Virus genome (UHGV): UHGV-0163337
Origin: a virus
Length of the DNA: 34,745 bases
Direction: 5' to 3' (one strand)
The notes beneath the pieces are model-generated. The model saw only the letters and a program-made list of their open reading frames with translations. It was not told where the DNA came from and did no database searches. The stretch's first letter is position 1. The number at the start of each line of letters is the position of its first letter. The position numbers and the translations under genes were made by a program. This document shows, one piece after another, positions 1 to 7,660 of the stretch.

Positions 1-318
1 ATGAAAAAGATAGCTGCTATATCATTAATTAGTATTTTTCTTATATCTGGTTGTGCTGTGCATAATGATGAAACAAGTATCGGTAAATTTGGTCTTGCAT
101 ATAAAAGTAATATTCAGCGTAAACTCGATAACCAATACTACACCGAAGCCGAAGCTTCTTTAGCCAGGGGTAGAATATCTGGTGCAGAAAATATAGTAAA
201 AAATGATGCAGCCCATTTCTGTGTTACTCAGGGCAAAAAAATGCAGATAGTTGACCTGAAGACAGAAGGTGCAGGATTACATGGCGTCGCTCGTCTGACA
301 TTCAAATGTGGAGAGTGA
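1..318 (+). CDS. putative lipoprotein, flank outside the prophage att core
   Basis: 105-aa ORF; N-terminal signal peptide with lipobox-like LISGC; AT-rich; lies outside the att core at 478-504. Confidence 0.5.
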   Translation: MKKIAAISLISIFLISGCAVHNDETSIGKFGLAYKSNIQRKLDNQYYTEAEASLARGRISGAENIVKNDAAHFCVTQGKKMQIVDLKTEGAGLHGVARLTFKCGE

Positions 319-477
319 GAATATTTTTTGGTAAGCGTCAAATATGCGCGTTCTGGTTGTGCTTAGCCGGAACCTGTGCGAGCACGATGCCGTTACGTGA
401 AAGGCATCGTGCTATGAAGGGAGATTCTATCGATGTGGTCAATGGAAGACGGTTACCAGAGATAGGGCTTATGCATA

Positions 478-504
478 AAAAAATAAGCCCGTGTAAGGGA
501 GATT
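478..504. other. attL: attL core, P2-type 27-bp integrase recombination core
   Basis: AAAAAATAAGCCCGTGTAAGGGAGATT matches the P2 att core as I recall it; sits just beyond the 3' end of int. Confidence 0.7.
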
Positions 505-583
505 TAGGGTGTCACCAGTAGGGGCTTTCAACGGTACAATGCGGGTTTGAGCGGCATAAATTACCACTGAAAGCCCTTAAACG

Positions 584-1597
584 TTACTCTACTGTGGACA
601 CTGTGTGGACACTCTCGGCCTCAGTACCACCTCTTAGCGGATTAAGAGAAATGGCGTCCTGAAGGTACTCTGGCGCAAAATGAGCGTAAACCATAGTTTG
701 CTCAATCCGCGTGTGACCTAGTATCCGTTGTAGCGTGATAATACTTCCTCCATTAATCATGAAATGAGTGGCAAAGCTGTGCCTTAGTGCATGTGTGGCT
801 TGCCCCATTGGCAAATCCGGTTTTATTGCTTTCATTGTTCGTCTGAAGCGAGGGTAATCAGCATCAGGGAATAAAAAACCTCGTTTGTTATCCGCGATCA
901 TTTTGGCAACAGCCTCTGAGATCGGGACGGTGCGTGGTTTGTTTGTTTTCGTTTTAACAAACGTGACGCGGTTATGGATGATATTTTCTGCTTTCAAACG
1001 AGCTGCTTCTCCCCAACGTGCTCCAGTACTCAGGCAAAGAATCGCAATCTTTTTGTTGTCGCCGTCAAGAGCAGCAAGCAGTAAGGCAATTTCTTCCTGC
1101 GTGAGATAGCCTGTGTCTGGTTTTTCCTCCTTAAGCCTTTTTGTCCCTCTGATAGGGTGCTCACCAAAGAATAACTCCGCTTCAATCAGGGCTGTAAACA
1201 TGCCGCTAATACATGTTAAATCACGATTGATACTCGAAGGTTTAATACCCTGACTTCTTCGGGTGGCGCAGTACTGGCTGATAAGCGATTTCGTAATTTG
1301 AAATGCGCATGGGTCATTCGTTATTTTTGTGAAGATTTCAATTTTTCCAAGATTAGATTTCCCATGCTCTTCGTGTTTACCCTTTAAATCCCACCAGATC
1401 TGTGTCAGCTCCGACAGACGTCGCTTGTCTGTTGGTTTTGATAGCCATTCTTTATTGTGGTGGTTGTACAACGTGTATTTCTCGAAAGCGACAGCTTCGC
1501 TTTTCTTATCAAACTTCCTACGGATGCGTTTTCCATTACGTCCAGTAGGGCGGATGTCCACTTCATATCGACCATCATCGAGTTTTTTGATTGCCAT
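584..1597 (-). CDS. int: tyrosine integrase (P2 Int family)
   Basis: 337 aa; C-terminal catalytic region HALRHSFATHF...LGH...TMVYAH (R-H-R-Y tyrosine recombinase signature); adjacent to att core and C repressor. Confidence 0.93.
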   Translation of the reverse strand: MAIKKLDDGRYEVDIRPTGRNGKRIRRKFDKKSEAVAFEKYTLYNHHNKEWLSKPTDKRRLSELTQIWWDLKGKHEEHGKSNLGKIEIFTKITNDPCAFQITKSLISQYCATRRSQGIKPSSINRDLTCISGMFTALIEAELFFGEHPIRGTKRLKEEKPDTGYLTQEEIALLLAALDGDNKKIAILCLSTGARWGEAARLKAENIIHNRVTFVKTKTNKPRTVPISEAVAKMIADNKRGFLFPDADYPRFRRTMKAIKPDLPMGQATHALRHSFATHFMINGGSIITLQRILGHTRIEQTMVYAHFAPEYLQDAISLNPLRGGTEAESVHTVSTVE

Positions 1598-1712
1598 CAG
1601 AAAACCCTCCGAGTGGTGTGTTTTTTTGCGACTACTAATCGCTTTTTTCGTGGTGGCTGAAATTTAGCCACCAATAGTAGGCACTTGTGATGAATATATT
1701 CACGATGAATTG

Positions 1713-2012
1713 TTAACCAGTCTTTTGACCGGAGTGGGGCGACGTTGTTTCGTTTTGCCCAAAGTGTGCGAGAGCGGGCGCAATTTGCCCGGACTCAGGA
1801 GCGATCTGATTGGTCATGAACCATAAAGTGTATTTGGTGAATTGTGGGGTCTGCAGGATGTTCATCATGACATCTGTTGGAGGTGTTGAACGACCACTTT
1901 CATAGTAACTCAGCGTGCCATACGGAACCCCTGTTAAATCAGCAAGTTGTTGTCTGCTCAAATACTCTGATTTTCGCATTAAGACTATCTTCTCGCTTAT
2001 CGTGTTTGACAT
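1713..2012 (-). CDS. C: immunity repressor C
   Basis: 99 aa, same size as P2 C; HTH-like segment LSRQQLADLTGVPYGTLSYYE; divergent from cox. Confidence 0.85.
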   Translation of the reverse strand: MSNTISEKIVLMRKSEYLSRQQLADLTGVPYGTLSYYESGRSTPPTDVMMNILQTPQFTKYTLWFMTNQIAPESGQIAPALAHFGQNETTSPHSGQKTG

Positions 2013-2126
2013 GGTGTTTAGATCTCAATAGTATTTAGTTTAGATGTAGATTGTTTAGTGCTTGGATGTGGGCACTAAAAGGCATTATAAGACATTAAAC
2101 GCAATTCATGAGGGCTAGAGGACGAC
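2013..2126. promoter_or_regulatory. C/cox divergent promoter-operator region (Pc/Pe switch)
   Basis: 114-bp AT-rich intergenic between divergent C and cox; TTTAGA at 2017 and 2039, plus TTTAG at 2034 and 2054. Confidence 0.6.
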
Positions 2127-2402
2127 ATGAGCAAGCAAGTAACACTCATGACTGATGCGATTCCTTATCAGGAGTTCGCAAAACTAATAGGAAAATCGAC
2201 AGGAGCGGTTCGTCGGATGATCGATAAAGGAAAGCTGCCTGTAATTGATATGACCGATCCACAATCAGCTTCAGGTCGTGCAGGTGAATATTGGGTATAC
2301 CTTCCGGCATGGAATAACGGACTAAAACTGGCTTATGAAAGCCGCCCTAAAGAGATTCGTGACGGCTGGTTGATGTGGTTAGGTCTCGGTGAACCACGTT
2401 AA
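2127..2402 (+). CDS. cox: Cox excisionase / transcriptional regulator
   Basis: 91 aa, same size and position as P2 Cox; first gene of the early rightward operon. Confidence 0.85.
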   Translation: MSKQVTLMTDAIPYQEFAKLIGKSTGAVRRMIDKGKLPVIDMTDPQSASGRAGEYWVYLPAWNNGLKLAYESRPKEIRDGWLMWLGLGEPR

Positions 2403-2412
2403 GGAGAACCGT

Positions 2413-2583
2413 ATGAATGAGCCTCGTTGTATTGCTCAGTTACTGCGTAACGAAAGCCCCAGGGCGATTGACTTCACCATCACCCACGGTAAGGGGCGTA
2501 AGGGAATCATTATCCGCACCAAAAAACAGAGTCCGTTAAAAAAGGCTCTGACCTTTCTGAAAAGCCGGAGGGTATGGAAATGA
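2413..2583 (+). CDS. small early protein (P2 orf78 position)
   Basis: ATG at 2413 preceded by AAGGAG (2401-2406); ORF track starts earlier at GTG 2389; basic 56-aa product. Confidence 0.5.
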   Translation: MNEPRCIAQLLRNESPRAIDFTITHGKGRKGIIIRTKKQSPLKKALTFLKSRRVWK

Positions 2584-3080
2584 CAGTGATGACGCTCAAT
2601 CTCGTTGAAAAACAGCCAGCAGCTATGCGCCGGATAATTGGTAAGCATCTTGCCGTTCCTCGCTGGCAGGATACATGTGATTATTATAATCAGATGATGG
2701 AGCGCGAACGGCTAACAGTTTGCTTTCATGCGCAGTTAAAACAGCGTCACGCAACGATGCGTTTTGAAGAAATGAACGACGTCGAACGTGAACGACTGGT
2801 ATGTGCAATTGATGAATTGCGTGGGGCATTCTCAAAACGTCGTCAGGTCGGTGCAAGTGAGTATGCATATATTAGTTTTTTAACAGTCAGTCAGCGTCGT
2901 ACTTTATTTATGCATGCCGGATTGACTGAAAAAGAATTTAACCAGCCATACTGGCGAATTAATGAAGAGTCATGTTACTGGCGTGATGCTTTATTCCGTG
3001 CATTACGTGAATTATTCAGCCTGTTTGAGTATGCACCGACAATTCTGACATCGGTAAAACCAGAGCAATATCTGCATTAA
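2574..3080 (+). CDS. B: replication protein B (helicase-loader-like)
   Basis: 168 aa vs P2 B 166 aa; GGAGG SD before ATG 2574; position between cox and A. Confidence 0.8.
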   Translation: MEMTVMTLNLVEKQPAAMRRIIGKHLAVPRWQDTCDYYNQMMERERLTVCFHAQLKQRHATMRFEEMNDVERERLVCAIDELRGAFSKRRQVGASEYAYISFLTVSQRRTLFMHAGLTEKEFNQPYWRINEESCYWRDALFRALRELFSLFEYAPTILTSVKPEQYLH

Positions 3081-3143
3081 GTAATTAACCAGAGTTTTTA
3101 ACGCACTTAATTGTGCGGGGCTTCTTTTTGCCTGGAGAAAGTC

Positions 3144-3368
3144 ATGCATACAGTTTCTGAAAATCGGTGCGGTAAATACGCATTACTGCTGCAACAGGCC
3201 AGAACCGAAGCACAGGCCGATGCAGCGACGCGCTTTTCTTCTCATCTTGACGCCATGATTCGCCACATCACAAAGGCGGAGTTATCCCGCGTGGAGATAG
3301 TCGAGCTGCTCAGTCAGGAGTCGGAAAAATTTCACAACATCGGATTGTCTCGCGGGGAGGTGCTTTGA
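3144..3368 (+). CDS. hypothetical early protein (P2 orf80 position)
   Basis: ATG 3144 preceded by GGAGAAA; ORF track begins at an upstream alternative start 3111. Confidence 0.55.
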   Translation: MHTVSENRCGKYALLLQQARTEAQADAATRFSSHLDAMIRHITKAELSRVEIVELLSQESEKFHNIGLSRGEVL

Positions 3369-3670
3369 TGTCCTGTTCTCGTTCAGTTGTTTTACTGAAC
3401 AATGCCTTAAAAATCGCCGTTATGAAAAATGGCGATTTGTCTCTTATTCAACTTGGTCTTGATAAAGAAAAACGCGAAATAACTGAATCTGTTATCGCGA
3501 TTTATCAGAGTGAATTAAACCTCCTGTCTGATGTGGTCAATTTACTTGTTAAACGCGCTGTATTTCACAAGCAAATTTCCTCCGTGGATGAACTGACGAA
3601 ATTAACGACAGAAATCGCCAGCTATTGCGCTGATGAATTTAAAAAAATGAACGACAAAAGGAACTGGTAA
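3365..3670 (+). CDS. hypothetical early protein (P2 orf81 position)
   Basis: 101-aa ORF; ATGA overlap with upstream ORF stop. Confidence 0.6.
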   Translation: MMSCSRSVVLLNNALKIAVMKNGDLSLIQLGLDKEKREITESVIAIYQSELNLLSDVVNLLVKRAVFHKQISSVDELTKLTTEIASYCADEFKKMNDKRNW

Positions 3671-3894
3671 TGCCGGACAACGTAGATTTTATTCAGGAAC
3701 AACAGGCTGAATTACTGGAGCGCCAGATTAACGCGGCAAGGGTAAAACATTGCGGTGCTTCTGCGCTGGTTTGCGAAGAGTGTGACGCGCCAATACCTGC
3801 TGCCCGTCGTGCGGCTTATCCGTCAGCCACGCGTTGTGTTTCCTGTCAGGCAGTCTTTGAAGCAAAAAACAAACATTACCGGAGAACGGCATGA
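3670..3894 (+). CDS. DksA/TraR-type C4 zinc-finger protein (P2 orf82 position)
   Basis: 74 aa; CxxC...CxxC (CEECDAPIP...RCVSCQ) zinc-finger spacing. Confidence 0.7.
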   Translation: MPDNVDFIQEQQAELLERQINAARVKHCGASALVCEECDAPIPAARRAAYPSATRCVSCQAVFEAKNKHYRRTA

Positions 3895-4166
3895 GTATTC
3901 GTATTGAAATTGGCGAACGTTATGTCGTTACCAGTGACAGCTTTCAGTTTATTCTCCACGAGAAAAAGAGAGCGGAAAGCGGTAAAAACGCCGGTCAGGA
4001 ATGGCTGGCGGTGGTTGGTTATTACCCGAAATTAAGCCAGCTCGTTTCCGGCCTGATGCATCACGATATTCTGACCGGAAGCGCAAAATCTTTTGCCGAT
4101 TTAAACGTGCAGGTTGAGCAACTCAGCAGGCGTTGTTCAGAGGCTTTTGGCTCATATGGACGTTAA
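3891..4166 (+). CDS. hypothetical early protein (P2 orf83 position)
   Basis: 91-aa ORF overlapping upstream stop (ATGA) and the 5' end of A. Confidence 0.55.
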   Translation: MSIRIEIGERYVVTSDSFQFILHEKKRAESGKNAGQEWLAVVGYYPKLSQLVSGLMHHDILTGSAKSFADLNVQVEQLSRRCSEAFGSYGR

Positions 4167-6432
4167 AGCCTCCGGGCGTTTTGTCCCTCCGTCAGCATTT
4201 GCCGCAGGCACCGGTAAGACGTTTACCGGTGCTTATGCATGGAACGCGCCACGCGAGGCTGTCGGGCGCGAAAGACCCCTTACACGTGACGAGATGCGTC
4301 AGGTGCAAGGTGTTTTATCCACGATAAATCGCCTGCCTTATTTTTTGCGCTCGCTGTTTACTTCACGCTATGACTACATCCGGCGCAATAAAAGCCCGGT
4401 GCACGGGTTTTATTTCCTCACATCCACTTTTCAGCGTCGTTTATGGCCGCGTATTGAGCGTGTGAATCAGCGCCATGAAATGAACACCGACGCGTCGTTG
4501 CTGTTTCTGGCAGAGCGTGACCACTATGCACGCCTGCCGGGAATGAATGACAAGGAGCTGAAAAAGTTTGCCGCCCGTATCTCATCGCAGCTTTTCATGA
4601 TGTATGAGGAACTCTGCGATGCCTGGGTGGATGCGCATGGCGAAAAAGAATCGCTGTTTACGGATGAGGCGCAGGCTCACCTGTATGGTCATGTTGCTGG
4701 CGCTGCACGTGCTTTCAATATTTCCCCTCTCTACTGGAAAAAATACCGTAAAGGGGAGATGACCACGAGGCAGGCATATTCTGCCATTGCCCGTCTGTTT
4801 AACGATGAGTGGTGGACTCATCAGCTTAAAGGCCAGCGTATGCGTTGGCATGAGGCGTTACTGATTGCTGTCGGGGAGGTAAATAAAGACCGTTCACCTT
4901 ATGCCAGTAAACATGCTATTCGTGATGTGCGTGCGCGCCGCCAGGCAAATCTGGAATTTCTTAAATCGTGTGACCTTGAAAACAGGGAAACCGGCGAACG
5001 CATCGACCTTATCAGTAAGGTGATGGGCAGTATTTCTAATCCAGAAATTCGCCGGATGGAGCTGATGAACACCATCGCCGGAATTGAGCGTTACGCCGCC
5101 GCAGAGGGTGATGTGGGGATGTTTATCACGCTGACCGCGCCGTCAAAGTATCACCCGACACGTCAGGTCGGAAAAGGCGAAAGTAAAACCGTCCAGCTTA
5201 ATCACGGCTGGAACCATGAGGCATTTAATCCAAAGGATGCGCAGCGTTATCTCTGCCGTATCTGGAGCCTGATGCGCACGGCATTCAAGGATAATGATTT
5301 ACAGGCCTACGGTTTGCGTGTCGTTGAGCCACACCACGACGGAACGCCGCACTGGCATATGATGCTTTTTTGTAATCCACGCCAGCGTAACCAGATTATT
5401 GAAATCATGCGTCGCTATGCGCTTAAAGAGGATGGCGACGAAAGAGGAGCCGCGCGAAACCGTTTTCAGGCAAAACACCTTAACCGGGGCGGTGCTGCGG
5501 GGTATATCGCGAAATACATCTCAAAAAACATCGATGGCTATGCACTGGATGGTCAGCTCGATAACGATACCGGCAGACCGCTGAAAGACACTGCTGCGGC
5601 TGTTACCGCATGGGCGTCAACGTGGCGCATCCCACAATTTAAAACGGTTGGTCTGCCGACAATGGGGGCTTACCGTGAACTACGCAAATTGCCTCGCGGC
5701 GTCAGCATTGCTGATGAGTTTGACGAGCGCGTCGAGGCTGCACGCGCCGCCGCAGACAGTGGTGATTTTGCGTTGTATATCAGCGCGCAGGGTGGGCCAA
5801 ATGTCCCGCGCGATTGTCAGACTGTCAGGGTCGCCCGTAGTCCGTCGGATGAAGTTAACGAGTACGAGGAAGAAGTCGAGAGAGTGGTCGGCATTTACGC
5901 GCCGCATCTCGGCGCGCGTCATATTCATATCACCAGAACGACGGACTGGCGCATTGTGCCGAAAGTTCCGGTCGTTGAGCCTTTGACTTTAAAAAGCGGC
6001 ATCGCCGCGCCTCGGAGTCCTGTCAATAACTGTGGAAAGCTCACCGGTGGTGATACTTCGTTACCGGCTCCCACACCTTCTGAGCACGCCGCAGCAGTGC
6101 TTAATCTGGTTGATGACGGTGTTATTGAATGGAATGAACCGGAGGTCGTGAGGGCGCTCAGAGGCGCATTAAAATACGACCTGAGAACGCCAAACCGTCA
6201 GCAAAGAAACGGAAGCCCGTTAAAACCGCATGAAATTGCACCATCGGCCAGACTGACCAGGTCTGAACGATTGCAAATCACCCGTATCCGCGTTGACCTT
6301 GCTCAGAACGGTATCAGGCCGCAGCGATGGGAGCTTGAGGCGCTGGCGCGTGGAGCGACCGTAAATTATGACGGGAAAAAATTCACGTATCCGGTCGCTG
6401 ATGAGTGGCCGGGATTCTCGTTACCCATTTGA
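4156..6432 (+). CDS. A: replication initiation endonuclease A (rolling-circle HUH Rep)
   Basis: ~758 aa from ATG 4156 (ORF track starts at TTG 4114); HUH motif PHWHMMLF and active-site tyrosine motif YIAKYISK; P2 gpA ~761 aa. Confidence 0.93.
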   Translation: MDVKASGRFVPPSAFAAGTGKTFTGAYAWNAPREAVGRERPLTRDEMRQVQGVLSTINRLPYFLRSLFTSRYDYIRRNKSPVHGFYFLTSTFQRRLWPRIERVNQRHEMNTDASLLFLAERDHYARLPGMNDKELKKFAARISSQLFMMYEELCDAWVDAHGEKESLFTDEAQAHLYGHVAGAARAFNISPLYWKKYRKGEMTTRQAYSAIARLFNDEWWTHQLKGQRMRWHEALLIAVGEVNKDRSPYASKHAIRDVRARRQANLEFLKSCDLENRETGERIDLISKVMGSISNPEIRRMELMNTIAGIERYAAAEGDVGMFITLTAPSKYHPTRQVGKGESKTVQLNHGWNHEAFNPKDAQRYLCRIWSLMRTAFKDNDLQAYGLRVVEPHHDGTPHWHMMLFCNPRQRNQIIEIMRRYALKEDGDERGAARNRFQAKHLNRGGAAGYIAKYISKNIDGYALDGQLDNDTGRPLKDTAAAVTAWASTWRIPQFKTVGLPTMGAYRELRKLPRGVSIADEFDERVEAARAAADSGDFALYISAQGGPNVPRDCQTVRVARSPSDEVNEYEEEVERVVGIYAPHLGARHIHITRTTDWRIVPKVPVVEPLTLKSGIAAPRSPVNNCGKLTGGDTSLPAPTPSEHAAAVLNLVDDGVIEWNEPEVVRALRGALKYDLRTPNRQQRNGSPLKPHEIAPSARLTRSERLQITRIRVDLAQNGIRPQRWELEALARGATVNYDGKKFTYPVADEWPGFSLPI

Positions 6433-6648
6433 GTAAAAACACAACGTGATTTGATATGGCATTGAATGGCTTATGCGGAGCAGTTATGGGGCAGCAGAAG
6501 GTCAATAGCATGCTGAATTAGAAGGCTAAATGCTATTGAGTGACTAGCATGTCGGTAAGGACGGCCGTTTGATCCGGGTCATAAAAGGCCATCCATTTAG
6601 TCTAATAAAATCATTGCGGGTAACCTTATGTCGACGCATAATTCGTCT

Positions 6649-6722
6649 TGAGCGAAGTCTTGTCAGTCTTTCATCGTATTGATGATGGGCGCAAAAAAAC
6701 CACCCTGGCAGGTGGTTTTTTT
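6649..6722 (+). ncRNA. candidate small RNA (promoter to terminator, no ORF)
   Basis: TTGCGG (6614-6619), 17-nt spacer, CATAAT (6637-6642); ~74 nt to the intrinsic terminator; 5' end carries the 15-nt TTGAGCGAAGTCTTG (6648-6662) repeated at 6912-6926. Confidence 0.35.
6693..6722. terminator. bidirectional intrinsic terminator
   Basis: A7-CCACC-ctggca-GGTGG-T7: GC stem flanked by A-run and T-run, so hairpin plus U-tract on either strand. Confidence 0.8.
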
Positions 6723-6734
6723 GTTTGAAGCATA

Positions 6735-6848
6735 TTAAAGCATAATGCTGACATTGATATTACTGACGTTTACTGACAAACCACTCGGACTACCGTTTGG
6801 ATAGCCAAAGAGGGCCAGAACGAGAATGCAGTAATAGCATTTCTTCAT
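6735..6848 (-). CDS. small hydrophobic peptide (37 aa), candidate type I toxin-like
   Basis: ATG at 6848 with AGGAGG SD 4 nt upstream; MKKCYYCILVLALFGYPNGSPSGLSVNVSNINVSIML; ends 13 nt before the bidirectional terminator; AT-rich. Confidence 0.4.
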   Translation of the reverse strand: MKKCYYCILVLALFGYPNGSPSGLSVNVSNINVSIML

Positions 6849-7326
6849 ATTGCCTCCTGTAAGTAGAGGGCAACTTCCACCGGTATATGCGCTTCTTAGG
6901 TGGAATGACTTTTGAGCGAAGTCTTGCCCTGAAATAATGCTCTGTTTAAACGCAAAGTGATTTGGCATATCACCGAACAGAGAGCCGGAAAAACACAACA
7001 TATAGTATGTCGTTGTTTCTAGACATACATTCTATGTTGTGTAACAAGGGCTTTGCATTAAACATGTTTGAGATTTTATTGATGTAGCTCAAAGTAAAAA
7101 ACAGAGACTACGGATGATAAGGTCTTGAAAGCAATGTAAATTTTTTAAAGTTGCCAATTGCTTAAAAATGTACAGTTGCGGTATGGCGTACTTAAAAAGC
7201 TATGCATGCAACAAGTGAATGTTTTTGCATGCGTTGGGGATGTCCGTTCAGGCTGCGTGCGGTCAGGACTGGTGCGGATCCATAGTATCTATGCAACTGC
7301 ATTAAAACCGCCCCGTGAAGCGGGCG

Positions 7327-7345
7327 GGCGAGGCGGGGAAAGCAC
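7327..7345. other. cos: cos site (19-nt cohesive end sequence, P2-type)
   Basis: GGCGAGGCGGGGAAAGCAC matches the P2 cohesive end as I recall it; GC-rich block between A and Q as expected in a prophage. Confidence 0.7.
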
Positions 7346-7499
7346 TGCGCGCCAAACGATGTCGCTGGCTTGCAGCTACCCGGTTGAAATTCTTATTTTT
7401 TTGTTGCATTATTCTTAGCGCACCAGCGATTCGCTTGGTATGCGGCAGTCAACAACATTAAATTGTCAGTTTTTGCTTTTACAAAAAAGCGTCCACTAT

Positions 7500-7660
7500 G
7501 GACCTATCAGCGAGGCCCCACCGTCGTCAACTACGATGGTGCCGTAGCCGACGACATTACGTACGGTCGAAAGATAGCAGAGGCTGTTGCTGGCAATTGT
7601 TGATGTAAGCATCTCTGCTGTTCCACCCTTGAGTATGGGAAGACCGTACGTAACTTTGAA
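7500..7660 (+). ncRNA. candidate structured leader / retron msr-msd-like ncRNA upstream of RT
   Basis: Hairpin 7523-7555 (13-bp imperfect stem); nested inverted repeats TACGTACGGTC (7558-7568)/GACCGTACGTA (7642-7652) and AGCAGAG (7576-7582)/CTCTGCT (7613-7619); boundaries not determined. Confidence 0.3.

Noticed and set aside
306-521. 71-aa ORF spanning the att core
   Set aside because: Runs through the att core and the upstream inverted repeat, has no SD and odd composition; more likely non-coding junction sequence.
7158-7418. 86-aa ORF across the cos region
   Set aside because: Spans the GC-rich cos cohesive-end sequence and palindromes; no SD; non-coding packaging DNA is the better explanation.
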